Assembly (NCBI GenBank): GCA_051294375.1
Contig: CM119271.1
Span: forward strand, 676,721 to 740,720
Direction of reading: 5' to 3'
Length of the DNA: 64,000 nt
Source of the DNA: Paraspadella gotoi
Lineage: Eukaryota > Animalia > Chaetognatha
Of the stretch, positions 35,501 to 47,600 are shown piece by piece. A model generated the notes under the pieces. It searched no databases, was not told where the DNA came from, and was given only the letters and a program-made list of their open reading frames with translations. Both the position numbers and the translations under genes were made by a program. Every line of letters begins with the position of its first letter. Within the stretch, counting starts at the first letter, position 1.

Positions 35501-38500
35501 ATAAAGAGTGTTTGGAAGAGAGAAAGAGAGAGAGATCATATTCAGTCTCATATTCATCATATTCATATCATGATATCAGATCATATCAGATCATATCAGA
35601 TCATATTCAGACTTTTTAAATCCTCACCAGTGGCGTCGATGTCTGCCCCGACGCCCGATTCGATCAGATGTCCGGAATTCGTAACGAGGGCGCACGAGGA
35701 GCATTTGAGGGACAAAGGCTGAAAAGAGGAAGAGACACCGATATTTTTAGTTGCGCCGCGAGAACTCGTGGAGAAAGCAACTCGGTCACTTTTCGGTCGG
35801 TAGGTCGGTCGGTCTGTCCCAATTATGTTAGAAAGGCTAATAATTTTATCAATTTAAATTATACTATATAGGATTTGGAAGGTAAGATTTTTAATGTGTA
35901 TATATATATGTGTATATATATATATATGTGTGTATATATGTATTATGTATCATACTTGTATCACTTTAAAAAGCGGTCATAAGACCGGAAATTTAAGGTT
36001 GCAAAACTTATAAAATATTAAGGTATTTTAATTAATATTTGGTATTTGGCAGACTAGCAGAGTATCCATAAATATTGAATGATTATTGTATATATATTTT
36101 TATGTGTATAATCACGTGGCTACGTAAAATTATGGTCATATAAAAATATAAAATAAATAAAGCATATTACGCATAATATTTAGTAGTTGTATTTGAAACT
36201 TTGCAGATAAGTCATTGACCATTGGATATTTAATATATACATAAATTTCTCAGTTATACAGTGATTTGATCATTTTTAAATATACGTGAAAAGAAAGTCA
36301 CTGCGGCGCAACATATTAAAAGGACCGTTTTTGTTTTTAGACAAGTCAGTTTAAATGTTATTTTGATTCGCTTATTCCTCGAAAATAATTAAAGAATAAT
36401 TAAAGAATTTAAAATGAATTAAACACAACAGCTTGACAATTAAACGAGTTAGGGATTTACTTCACCATCCTGATTCTATCATTATATTCCGCCCGTAACT
36501 CCTCGATTCAGTGTCTCCCTCAATCCCATATAAGTATTTGACAATTTCCACGCAGCAATCTCACCCTCAGCTCCGCTTTTTACCTTTCCCTGAGGAATAG
36601 AGAGATATCCATCGAGCCCAGGAATGTCGAGTCTCGAATCCGATTTCAATTTTTTCTTGAGAATCAGAAAGTCTGACATCGTCGGCGATTCGAAACCTCG
36701 CGCGAACAGTTTCCGGTTCCGCTCGTTCTTCATTTTTCTCCGTTTCGTCCTCGCAGCGCTTATATTTTAGGGTATGATAATTACACATTAGGAGGGGGAG
36801 GTTTTTTTAATCTTTACAAACAAAGAATAATTATGAGCTAGAAATTAGTAAAAAGAGTGTCTGCAGACTGCAGTGTCTCAAGCGTACTGTCACTTTGGAC
36901 TATGGTAAAAATCTGCCAGGAAAGGCCTGACCATCAATTATACTCTGGCGACATATTATTATGTAACTAAGTAGCAGAAAAAAAATCATTTGGGTATTTA
37001 AAAAAATTTGAATTATTGAAAGTTGATAAAAAGTTATTTTCAAATTTTACTGATAACCTATGATATAATCGTTTCATTTTAAAAATAAAGACATCATATA
37101 AAACTGTAAGAACTTCTGGATCCAACGAGTACAGTAAATGCATTTTTTATAACCGTACAGATTCACTGTATTCATTTGTAAAGTGACAGTACGCTTGAGA
37201 CACTCTGTAGCTACGTAATATAAGAGATATCACTACGCGTTCGATAAGGCTGTTCTTTCCATTCAGAGAGCGTAATCGGTTTTTTCTCCGAACGGTTTTT
37301 AGCCCTGGTCGTAACAGTCCTTAATAAAGAGTGTTGGGCCGGTAGTTAATCCTGCCTCCCGATCCGGAGGCAACTGACAGAAAAATCTCCCAGAACCACT
37401 GGGGTATGGGTACGTTAAATGTATCGCTATCCTCTCGGTCACTTCACTGGATCCGCTTAAGTCAAGCCATGTGTCACTTAGGACAGTTTTCGATGATATT
37501 TTTTTTTTTTTACTTACCCATTAAGGGTAGAATAATTGAATTTTCTGGTTTCTTCGGCGCGGATGAGATTGGAAAAAGTATCGACGGCGACAGAGGTGAG
37601 GTTGTTGTGGAAAGACTTGGGGTCTGAATGGATTTATAAGGTAAGAAATGTTTCGATTCTAGCGATCTCGGATTTGGGATTTTTGAGCGCGAAAAGAAAT
37701 TATCGAATATCAATTTCTCTAAAGAACTTTTGTATGATATTCAAAAATGTTATTGAAGCTCAAAATCTCAACTTGGTCGCAGCAGTTGGTTAACTGGTTT
37801 CTGCATCTGCTTTGAAAACTTCTTATATCACTTAAATTTTTTGTAATAAGGATTGCTTACCGGGTGCTTTTATTACGTTCGTACGGAATCGCGATAAGAA
37901 AGAATCTATGGTTGAAAGACCTGAAAAAGAGAAGATAAGTTCGACCATTGACCGATTGCGGAGTACAATATGAGGAGCTGTCCTTTTATACAATTGAAAC
38001 ATTCGTTGAAACATTATACCACTGACTGAGAGTATGGATTAAAAGCTTGCAGGGTCCTGCTATAAAATTGGTACAACCAATATAAAATTTATCCATTCAT
38101 TTGTTATGTTATTATTACTTTGTAAGAGGGATTGAGGCATTAACCCACCATAACCATAATTAAATGAATTGATAATTTTTAAATTGCTTTACCCTTGAAT
38201 TTCGGTCTTTTTTTTCTTTTTTTTTCGTTCGTCATTTTTTTTCCGTCATCTCTCTCCGACTAGGTTTTCTTTCATTTCTTACTAACAGCATTTAGGTTCA
38301 GATTCCTATTGATTTCTAGGGGGAGGAGCAATNNNNNNNNNNGCTCCGACCCCTATTTCTATAGAGATTTGCTATTTTGTCTGCACCCATCTATTTTTTA
38401 CTTGCATCGCTTTGCACAAAATAGTACATTTGCATGTTTTCAACATGTTTTTCCAGAGGGCACAATAAAGAAGGGATTTTTTTTAGGACAAAATAACACT

Positions 38501-39478
38501 TCTTTTTTTTGAAAACAAAAAACTTTTTATATTTTAAGCTTTATTTACTAGAGGGCTCCCCAATCAAAAGAGCATTCAGTAAGACAAGATAGCACTTTTG
38601 ATTAATTGCCCGGTGTCCTATTCGTTTTTAAGAAATAAAGGACCAAAGGAACTTTCTTTGCACCTGCTTTTACACAAAATATCAATAGCTATTTAAATTT
38701 ATATCATTCCAAATTATTAAATAATTTTTTAATTAACATCATTTTTTAAACAGAAAATATTATATCCTATATTTTTTATCTTAATTTTTTTTCTTACTGA
38801 GTTAAAAAATTATGCAAGTTAAAAAAATTATGCAAGTTAAAAAAATTATGCAAGTTGAAAAATAATGCACGTTGAAAAAATGATGCAAGCTACAAAAATT
38901 ATGCAAGCTAAAAAAAAGATACAAGTTTAAAAAATGAAAAAGTTTAAAAATGTTGCAAATTTAAAAAAAATTTTATTAGTGCGCAGTAACAGTTCAGTTT
39001 AAGCCCTTGAAAGCGATTTACATGTATTGGCGCAGCCACTGGTTTTATATTGTTTTTATTAAATTCATAGTGAAACAAGCAATTTTTCATTATACATAGG
39101 TATTGTCATATTCCGCTACAGACAATTTTAGATTTTTATTTCTCAAACTAATCCTACCAATTCGCGAACCAACCCGGTATTAACTTACTTTTCACGCTAT
39201 CCAGATGCAAAAACCGATCCTGGTTGAGATACAACGTTAGAATGACTATGACGCCCACGACGACGCCCACGAGGGTCGCCAGAAGGAGCGCCCTGCGCGG
39301 AGGGACCCCGGCGGAAGACAAACTGGAAAACGGAATTTGAAAAATCGAGTTTTGGTTAACGACGGTTAATATTGCTGACCGATAAAGTCGATTACCATCC
39401 TCTGCTTAAATTGTCAAAAATTTTTTTTTATTACTTGTTATAGTCTGTTCGATTGCGAAAGCTGTTTTTAAGGAGCAT
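32551..39478 (-). CDS. ST6GALNAC3-6-like: GT29 sialyltransferase of the ST6GalNAc III/IV/V/VI type, ~458 aa, 12 exons
   Basis: Exons (5'->3' on -): 39478-39435, 39322-39189, 37920-37861, 37623-37518, 36758-36584, 35718-35628, 35403-35276, 35114-34996, 34722-34645, 33479-33372, 33098-33015, 32800-32551. All are GT-AG and phase-consistent (1377 nt). They encode a type II TM anchor (ALLLATLVGVVVGVIVILTLYL), sialylmotif L (CSSCALVTNSGHLIESGVGADIDATDCVFRLNHAPT...DVGSKTTVR), the family motifs VIVWGP and VFEKETG, motif S (MSTGYTALLLTMAICKNITIYG), motif III (PYHYWE) and motif VS (GHRFFHEK...W). The first exon is the least certain. Confidence 0.9.
33780..34355 (-). mobile_element. TRIM-like miniature LTR element, family B (older copy, in a sialyltransferase intron)
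   Basis: Two LTRs (~34150-34355 and 33780-33977), PBS TGGTGAGCTCGAC just after the LTR end TCTCTTCA, and PPT GGGAGGGGGGGAA before the 3' LTR. Homologous to 58913-59502. No clean TSD. Confidence 0.8.
34500..34566 (-). repeat. Family S 5'-truncated copy
   Basis: TTATGAAATTGGTACAACCAATATAAAAATTATCCATTC...AGCTATCTTGTCCCTG is the reverse complement of the 3' block. Confidence 0.75.
35744..36330 (+). mobile_element. DINE-1/HINE-like non-autonomous Helentron-type element
   Basis: A T-run, then subterminal repeat GTTGCGCCGC (35750), a (CGGT)n/CTGTC microsatellite, the inverted subterminal repeat GCGGCGCAAC (36303) and a T-rich end. Confidence 0.6.
36851..37208. mobile_element. MITE with 25-bp perfect inverted repeats (Tc1/mariner-like, TA at right end)
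   Basis: AGTGTCTCAAGCGTACTGTCACTTT (36872) / AAAGTGACAGTACGCTTGAGACACTCTG|TA (37180-37209). The left end carries a small duplication. Confidence 0.7.
38333..38342. other. Assembly gap (10 N) inside a sialyltransferase intron
   Basis: nnnnnnnnnn, flanked by a short hairpin-like sequence (GGGGGAGGAGC/GCTCCGACCCC). Confidence 0.99.
38800..38965. repeat. ~18-bp minisatellite (AAAAAATTATGCAAGTTA)n, about 9 copies decaying 3'-ward
   Basis: Read directly from the sequence. Confidence 0.8.
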
Positions 39479-40102
39479 CCTTATGTAGCGAGGAGTTGTT
39501 TACAAGGTTATCACCGGAAGTAACGAATAAATTTTGTTTAAAAATTTACGGACACGTATCCTTGGAAGTAACACCTTCATAGTCTATCGATCTCTAAAAA
39601 AACTGTTATTTAAATAAATTCAAATTTCAATATTATATTCCACGCGCGATTCTCTCAGTAGAATTTGCGAGAACTATATTATTTTGTCGCAAAAGATTTA
39701 ATTATTATAGAAACAAATGCAAACTTAGTTTTTTCAAAGACATCAAGAGTAAGAGATGAGAAAAAAACAAGGGCTATTAAATTAAATGACATTGATTTTG
39801 TTTTGACGATAGAAACGTCACAATCGAGGGTTTCACGTGCAAGACGAGTTCTGTTCCTCTTCCTCGCTCTTTTCTTTTTAGCGCCTTCCTCCTTCTCCTT
39901 TCCTTTCCTCCCTCTTCCTCCGCTAATCACGATTCAACCGTGCTTCGCTCTTCCCGAATAAAGCTCCCACCATCTTTCCATCCCGACCTGTTTCCCCTCG
40001 TTCCATCTTCTCTTTCTTGTCTTTGGCTCGGAGGTTCGATGCCACCAGAAACGAAGGCACCCAGAACATTATGTTAGGTATGACCAAGAAGCTTGTACCG
40101 CG

Positions 40103-40175
40103 GCCCCTGTGGCCTAATGGAGAAGGCGCTGGACTTCTAATTCAGAGATTGCGGGTTCGAGTCCCGCCAGGGGTA
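40103..40175 (+). tRNA. trnR-TCT: tRNA-Arg(TCT), intronless
   Basis: 73 nt. Acceptor stem GCCCCTG/CAGGGGT, A box TGGCCTAATGG, anticodon arm CTGGA-CT-TCT-AA-TTCAG, T arm GCGGG-TTCGAGT-CCCGC, and a TTTT terminator 3 nt downstream. Confidence 0.95.
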
Positions 40176-41489
40176 GCCTTTTGCGCGTAAAATGAAATCC
40201 CAAAACGGATAATATCGCGATGACGCAAAAAAAAAAGAAAAAAAGAAGTAATGACACTTATTTTGGGGTACAAGGAAAACTCGGAGCTTTATGAAACAAG
40301 AAAACCTTCGCGGATGTCCTTACAATATTTTTCGTCGCAATAACAAATTATGATAATAACTAATTAATGATTGTTACTAAATAATGTTTAAATTTCAGCT
40401 CTAAAGTCTAATTAGTTTTTAAAGGAATAAAATGAAATGAAAAAAAAAATTTTAATTTGGCCTGTTCTCTATGATTGTATCGTCCGAGGCGAGTGTCGCC
40501 GTTGGGGGAGACGGCTGGGAATGCAGATATCTTGATCTGAAGTTTTCCTGTTTCGCGATCGATAGCCGCGTCGTCGAATAATTTGAAGAAGAAGAAAAGG
40601 GTTGTCGAGGCTTTCTGAGTTCGTTTGCTTAAGTTAACGTTGGAATTTGTATTTGTAGAATGACGTTTTTACGTTAGTTTTTTTTTTTAAATCGTTTAAC
40701 TCGTTTATAAATTGTTATAAACTGGACCCTTTTACTTCCTCGTCGTCCGCATTTAATGTAAATAAACATTTAAAAAACACGTTGAATTATCAATCGTCAT
40801 TTACAAAAGTTAGCCAAAAAGTTTGCTAAAACAATGATATTGTAAGAAAGGTAATTACTGTTAGAATTAATCTTGCAGAGTTTTGCTTAAATGTTACGTA
40901 AGGCGAATGGAGGTTCGAACCCACCTCAGGCAACTACGCATAGCCTGAGCAAAGCTATAGTATAAGAGGCAAGATGGGTTAAAGCTGACTCAGTTTATTA
41001 AATTATTTAATAAATAATTTGTATTTCGCTTGTTATTTATCTAAAAACAAACGGTTAAATCATTCGTAGTTCTTCGCATTTAATGAGTCAGGTAAGCTGA
41101 AAATTGAATACAAATTTTTCACCGCATGAGGACCAAGCGTTGTTTCGCGAGTTTTTTTTTGGAAATAATTCTTGCAACTCGGCCCGAGTTACGAAATGTC
41201 AACATCTCTCCGATGACTTTCTCTATTCAATAAAAAAAAATTGTTTGATTAACTTCGTCGCCCAATTCGGTTATTGCTACTTCGAGTGCGAGGAATTTAA
41301 GCATTGTTGTTTTATTCCTTTTTTTACTCCTTAGTAATATTAATAGTAAGTGTTGCGGCGATTGTATGTCAAGAAAATTCAAACAAAATTGTTTACTTTC
41401 TTATACCAAATGTAAAAATTAACTTTACCGATGAGTCGGTCCGCAATTTAAGTTTAATGTCTCATCGGTAAATTATTTGGTAAATTGAA

Positions 41490-41535
41490 TTGGCGCTGAA
41501 GAAGACTCGTATGTGAGTCGAAACATGTCCGTTTC
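41490..41535 (+). ncRNA. Minimal type I hammerhead ribozyme, Penelope-like-element type
   Basis: CTGAAGA-A-GACTC-GTATGT-GAGTC-GAAA-CATG-TC has an intact core, a 5-bp stem II, a palindromic ACATGT stem III and a weak stem I (GGCG/CGTT). AATAAA follows ~13 nt downstream. Confidence 0.75.
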
Positions 41536-44091
41536 ACTATGAAATAAAAATCGTTGTTAAATCTCTCTTCAAAACTTTATTCATAATAAATAAGCTATCA
41601 GATATACGTAACATTATACCGCCGGTATTACCGGGTTTTCGAACTCTTTCGAGACTAAATTCGCGCCTTTATGTAGATTAATTATTGATGGAGTAATTCC
41701 TGCTTTTTGCAAAAAAGTAAGATTTTAAATTACATTAATCTAGTAGTATTTTTAAATATATAATTTAAATATACAATTATATATTTGTTTGTGCCACAAT
41801 ATCAATTAAAAAAATTCAGGGTAAAACCTTAAGGTAACATTTGATGCTGAAGCCTTTGCTTAACCTTTATCGCTATCTTTTAAACTTAAAAATGAGTCCC
41901 CCGATGTCCCGGTTAAAAATATGTCATAATTTACAATTGTTAACCGTTTTGGTTAAAAAAGGTAGCTCAGAAAAGAAGTAGTCAGCGTTTATTGCTTGCC
42001 TCGTACACTATTTATAACCAATCAAAATGGCAATCAATAATCAATTGACGTTTGTAGGTGTCTGATTAAAGGTTTAAATCCATTCATGGAAACCGGTCCA
42101 TAACCTTTCACTCTTTTTTTGCTGAACACCTCAGTGAAGCAGCACAAGGCTCAATGCAAAATGCTTCTTTTAAGGGCCATTCAGCTCGAGTGATCAGGGC
42201 CAATTATGATTGCAATGAATGAAATCGGTTCTTGAAACAGCAACTTACATTGATACCAATTGCAATGAAAAATGCTAAGTTTTACTAAATCAAATGAATT
42301 ATTGAATCGAGTCCAGAAAGAGCTCGAAAAAATGAAGATTTTAAATCATGCAAAAAAAAATATCTAAAACCATCTTCACACCATATCATCATAAGAAAAA
42401 CTATCTACTATTATCATTACGAATTTAAAATTTCCTCTTTCAAATAAACTGCTTAATTTGTTTGTTCAAACTTGTTTTCTTCTAACTGACCCGGTTTTCT
42501 TTTCCAATAAAAAAAAAGAAATTTGGTGCAAAATTTTGTTTTTATTTCAACAGTAATAGGTTAAAAATCTGCTTTGTAACTGGTTTTATAAACCAAGTTC
42601 AGAATGAGGGGGAGGGAAAACAATTTTAGTGTGTTTTCATAGCGTAATCTAAAAACAAGCGAAACTAAAGTAGATAACGCAAAAAAAAGAACTTTTTTTG
42701 CGATGATGGAAAGATAAAATAATGAAAGAGGACAGCGATGAAGGTAAATAGTAATAATAATAATTAAAAAGGTAATTCAACGACTATGACTCGATAATAA
42801 CTGGGTTCAGAAAAAAAAAGCCTGACGCGTGGCGGAGAGGAGCGCGCGTCTAAACATCGTTTTAATTATGTTGAGAAACGACAATAGATTAGATATTAAA
42901 TTAGAAAACCAAAAAAACGATCGACTCTTCGAGGTTTTTTTTTCGGTTTAGATTTTTTTTCAAAATTAAAGAACGACAAACGAACTAGTTTTTTTTTTTT
43001 GGGGGGGGGGAGCATGGGTCAAATTAATATAAAGAATAATAATATTAGCATTGAAAGGACCCAGTAATGGGGAGGGGCTGGGGACTGGGGAATCAACATA
43101 CTACTCATCAGAAGTAGTAATCCCATTGAGAAGATAAGAATTTGTTTTTTCCTCGACAAGATTCGGAATTGAGGAAGAATGGGGTGTGGGGGGGGAGGTT
43201 GGCGCGGGAAGGATATATTGACTCGAATAACAGTTACGATATAAAACAATCGCCAGGCGCGCAATTACAACTAAGACTGCGACATTGAGAATTTAAGAGC
43301 AGGCACGCTTTTTTTTGTGTGTAGGTTTTGTTGTTTTTGTTTTTTTTGCCGTACGTCAAAAGAGAAATAAATTGCTTTACGTCAAAACACGTCAACACGC
43401 TTCAATATTGAGACACGTCAATACTCGACACTCTCCCGTAAAAAAAAAAAAACTCTCCGCGAAAAATCATAACTGAGAGATAAAAGGAGAGAAAGAAAAA
43501 TCCCCTTCTGCAACGCACTTATCTTTTTCTTCTTTTTTTAAAAGAGAAAGGGAGGATATAAATAAACCAAGGAGAAAACGTCGCTTCTTTATAAATTACC
43601 TCATTGTTTATCGTGAAGATATCTAATAACAAATCTAAAAACTGATTCGGGAGGGGAAAAAATCGTCATCTATCTCTAGTTGAACAAAACCAACAGCAAA
43701 TATTGCGGTTATTAAAAAAAAATCATCCGACTAAAGCAATCTATCGGCAGTGCTAAAAACGTAAGACGAGCTAGAGAGACCCTCCCGACTCTAAACTAAC
43801 TGGGGTAAATAGAGTATATTCGAATACTCAATATAATTATATAATATATATTAAAATATACAAAGTACGTGAGAGATAAATATAAAAAGTGGTAGCGAGA
43901 GCTGAGATTGAGGGAGATACTGATACTTATTTAAGAAAGAAGAGAAAGGGAAACGATTGGAAAAGAAAAATAAGAGAGAGAAAAATGAGAGAAAGAAAAG
44001 AAAAAAAGAAAGAAAAGAAAGGGAATAAAGTAGGAGAAAGAAAAGTAATGGAAAGAAAAGAGAAGGGAATTTGCTGGCTCTTCCTCGCTCT

Positions 44092-44618
44092 TCACGTCGC
44101 TCCTTCTCTCATCGAAGAGACAATCGCCGATGACCCCGCTCCCGTCAAAGCCCCGGCCCCGCCCTCAGAAGCCCCGAAGGATCTCGGCCCCCACGGCTTG
44201 GCCTTGACCCGGTAGAACTTGGTCCCGACGGGCACCTTGAACCGGTTGGCCGGCTTCTTTGCCTGGCAGTATTCCTTATCGACGATCTCGCCGAGGACCC
44301 AGTGCTGACGCTGGTCGGTCGTCGTCGAAGGTCCGGCTTCGTTGGCGAGACCCATCTCGGGGAGGCACTCGGCGTGGAGGAAGTGAAGCGTGGGACCCAA
44401 ATGAAAGACGACGTAGTGGTCGTGGCGATCGTCGAAGCAAAAGAGGACGACGTCGCCGCGGGCGACCGTATTGACGGCGACTGAAGGATGGAGAGGAGAA
44501 AATGTAAATCACTTTTAAGGGCTTAAACTGAACTGTTACTGAGGCACAAATAAAATTTTGGTACTTTCAAAAATATTATATAAATCAAAACAATATTATT
44601 TTTGTTTTGATACATATA

Positions 44619-44655
<37 letters not shown>

Positions 44656-47600
44656 TGATATAAATTCGTGGATAAAGACAGAATAAGATAGGGAAGCCAG
44701 GTACTCTGGGAGTGAATAAACGAGACTGTGAGAGAGTCTTGATTGAAAGCTTGCAGGGACCTGCTATGTCATTATCTTGTAAGAGTGATGGAGGCCTTAA
44801 ACCACCAAAGCCTGTCCAAAGTCAGGGGCAAGATAGCTTATTTATTAAATGAATGGAAAATTTTTATATTGGTTGTACCAATTTCATAAAATAGAATAAG
44901 AAAAAATTACTTATTAAAAATATCAAAAAAAGATTTAAGATAATAAAAATTTAAAAAAACAATTGCTATTTTGTTGAAGAGCAGGTGCAAGTAAAGATCT
45001 AGTGGGTACAGATAAAGTTTATTTTGAATTTTCTTTTGTCTTACAAAAAGCTTCCTTCTTTTTAGAGCCCTCTAGTAGAATAGAGTGAAAATACAAAGAA
45101 AATTTAATTGGACCGTTCTTTTGTTTCAGAAAAATATATTAAAACCTCTGCTCTGGTGAATATACTCAAACTAAATTTTATTGCCATTTTGTTTTTAAAA
45201 ATGCTTTAGTTTATACCGCCTTGTTTTTTGGAATCAAATTCCCTATTATTTTTCGGCCGATAGAAAAATAAAAATTTCATCGAATACTGCTAATCCCTAC
45301 CTCTGGTTTATTAAGACTAAAACATGTAAAAATTTGCTATTTTGTATAAAGCAATGCAAGTGAAGATAAAATGGGAGCAGACAGAAGAACAAAATTCTAT
45401 AAAAATAAAGGGAAAATGCTCAATACTCATAGTAGAGAAAGTAAAAGATAAATCCGCCGAGTAGGAAGGAAAATTCATATAAATATATAAATTGGGAAAA
45501 AAGGGGAAAAAAAAAAGAAATTGTACAATTTCAGGGTTTAAGTAAATCATTTAGTAAATAAGTAAGTAAAAAAAGTAAATCAAGATATCTGACTTTCGCA
45601 AACACACTTTCGCAAGAAAAACTTATGTCACTCCCACCTTTATCCACGCGCGCCAACGTGTAGGCGGCGCTCGTCGTCATCGTCATCTCGCTCAGTCGCC
45701 GGTTTAGTCGCTCGATCTCCTCCGCGCGCGACCTCAATGTCAACTCCAGCGCCGACGCGGGCGGCTCCGCCATCGGAAGCACCGACTCAGTCATGGAAGC
45801 ATCGAGCGGGGCTGGGGTTGCGGCTGCGGCTGAGCAAGAGAAGAGGGAGGTCGACATGGAGGTAGGGGCCACTGGGAGAGGAAGAAGACGGGAAGGCGCA
45901 CGACCAGGTCATAGTGGAGAGAGAAACTGGATAGAAGTTGGGGGGAGGAGAAGAAGTTGGGGGAGGGAGAAGAGAAGTTGGGAGGGAAAGAGAAGTTGGG
46001 GAGGGAAAAGAGAAATTGGGGAGGGAAAAGAGAAGTTGGGAGGGAAAAGAGAAGTTGGGGAGGGAAAAGAGAAGTTGGGGGAGGGAAAAGAGAAGTTGGG
46101 GAGGGAAAAGAGAAGTTGGGGGGGAAAAGAGAAGTTGGAGGAGGAAAAGAGAAGTTGGAGGAGGGAAAAGAGAAGTTGGAGGAGGGAGAAGAGAAGTTGG
46201 GGAGGGAGAAGAGGAAGTTGGGGAGGAGAGAGGAAGGGGGAGAAGAGAAGTTGGGGAGGAGAATAGAAAGTGGGGAGGGAGAAGGAGAAGTTAGGAGAGA
46301 GTTGGGGAGGGAAGAGAGAAGTTGGGGAGGAAAAGAGAGTTGGGAGGGGAAAAGAGAAGTTGGGGAGGGAAAGAGAAGTTGGGGAGGAAGAGAGTTGGGG
46401 AGGGAAAAGAGAAGTTTGGGAGGGAAAGAGAAGTTGGGGAGGGAAAGAGAAGTTGGGAGGGAAAGAAGAAGTTGGGGAGGGAAATAGAAAGTGGGAGGGA
46501 GAGGGGAGGAGAGAGAGAGGAGTTAATCGTGATGATTAAAAAAAAAGTATTATTCGTGTTAGTAATAAATAAAATTGAAATTTCCACCTCCCGCGGTCGG
46601 ACTCCCCGGGGTCGGGGTGGGTCCGCGGACGCTGGACGCGTCACCGAAGGCGTCGACGAAATGGGAGGAAGAATCGTCGTCGTCGAGGTTGGAGGCGAGA
46701 TTGAGGGGAGATGAGGAGAGGCCCAACCGAGACTCGAGTTGCTGGAGAAATGTGAAGAAATAAATGGGAATTAAAGAATGGAAAGAAATAAAAGAGAGAG
46801 AGAGAGAGACAGAGAGAGAGAGAGAGACAGAGAGAGAAAAGAAAGAAAGAAAAAAAAGAAAAAAGAAAGAAAGAAAGAGGGAAAGAATAAGAGAATGAGA
46901 GAGAGGAAAACAAATTTGAGACGCGTTATTTTCAATTTTTATCGCTATGCAAAAGAATCATTTTAAAAGGGGCTTGTTAATCATAGGAAGTTAAGTTAAG
47001 TATTGAAGCTTAGCAAACGAGACTCACAGATCACCCCAGACTATACCTGAATCCTGGCATGAGCCTTCGCCAATTCCTCCTGATGATCCTGGTGAATGCC
47101 AGAATCGGCCGATTGCGTCAGGGCCGCCTGCAGCCCCGACATGGCACCGGCTGAGCCTAGGCGCTCTCGGCCTAAGGATGAAGAAGTGGAATAAGTTTTT
47201 TGAATTTGTTTATTAAAGATACTACTCGACGATTATTTCCTCACCGTTTGTGGGAAAGTCGAGCGTTTGGGAGGCGGCGGCGACGCCGTCGACGACCTCC
47301 TCCTCCTCCTTCCTGAGACGCGACCGAAGCGTGGCGATGACGTCGTCTTTCTCTTTGGCGATCTTGTCCACAGCCTCGTTGAAGACCTTCTGTTTCTCCG
47401 CCAGCAGTTTGGCGCGCTGGAAGCGGGAGAAAGGTTAGCGGGGAAACGGGAGAGGAAGAAATAATAACTTTCTTTAATGATATAGAGTGATGGAGGCCTT
47501 AAACCACCAAAGCCTGTCCAAAGTCAGGGACAAGATAGCTTATTTATTAAATGAATGGATAATTTATATATATAAACATATTATTTTTAAAAATCGCTAA

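Noticed and set aside
37510-38014. ORFs 37832-38014 and 37510-37713 as a LINE ORF2 remnant
   Set aside because: Better explained by sialyltransferase stem-region exons (37920-37861, 37623-37518) next to a family S fragment.
40103-40175. Local tRNA-Arg as the primer for the TRIMs
   Set aside because: Its 3' end would give PBS TGGTACCCCTG, which does not match TGGTGA(G/T)CCC.
40905-40935. GGTTCGAACCC B-box as a second tRNA gene
   Set aside because: No A box or cloverleaf upstream; at most a SINE or tRNA fragment.
45793-46966. Stack of overlapping Gly/Glu/Lys/Arg-rich ORFs
   Set aside because: Artefacts of the stop-free 20-bp minisatellite and (GA)n tracts in RB1CC1 introns.
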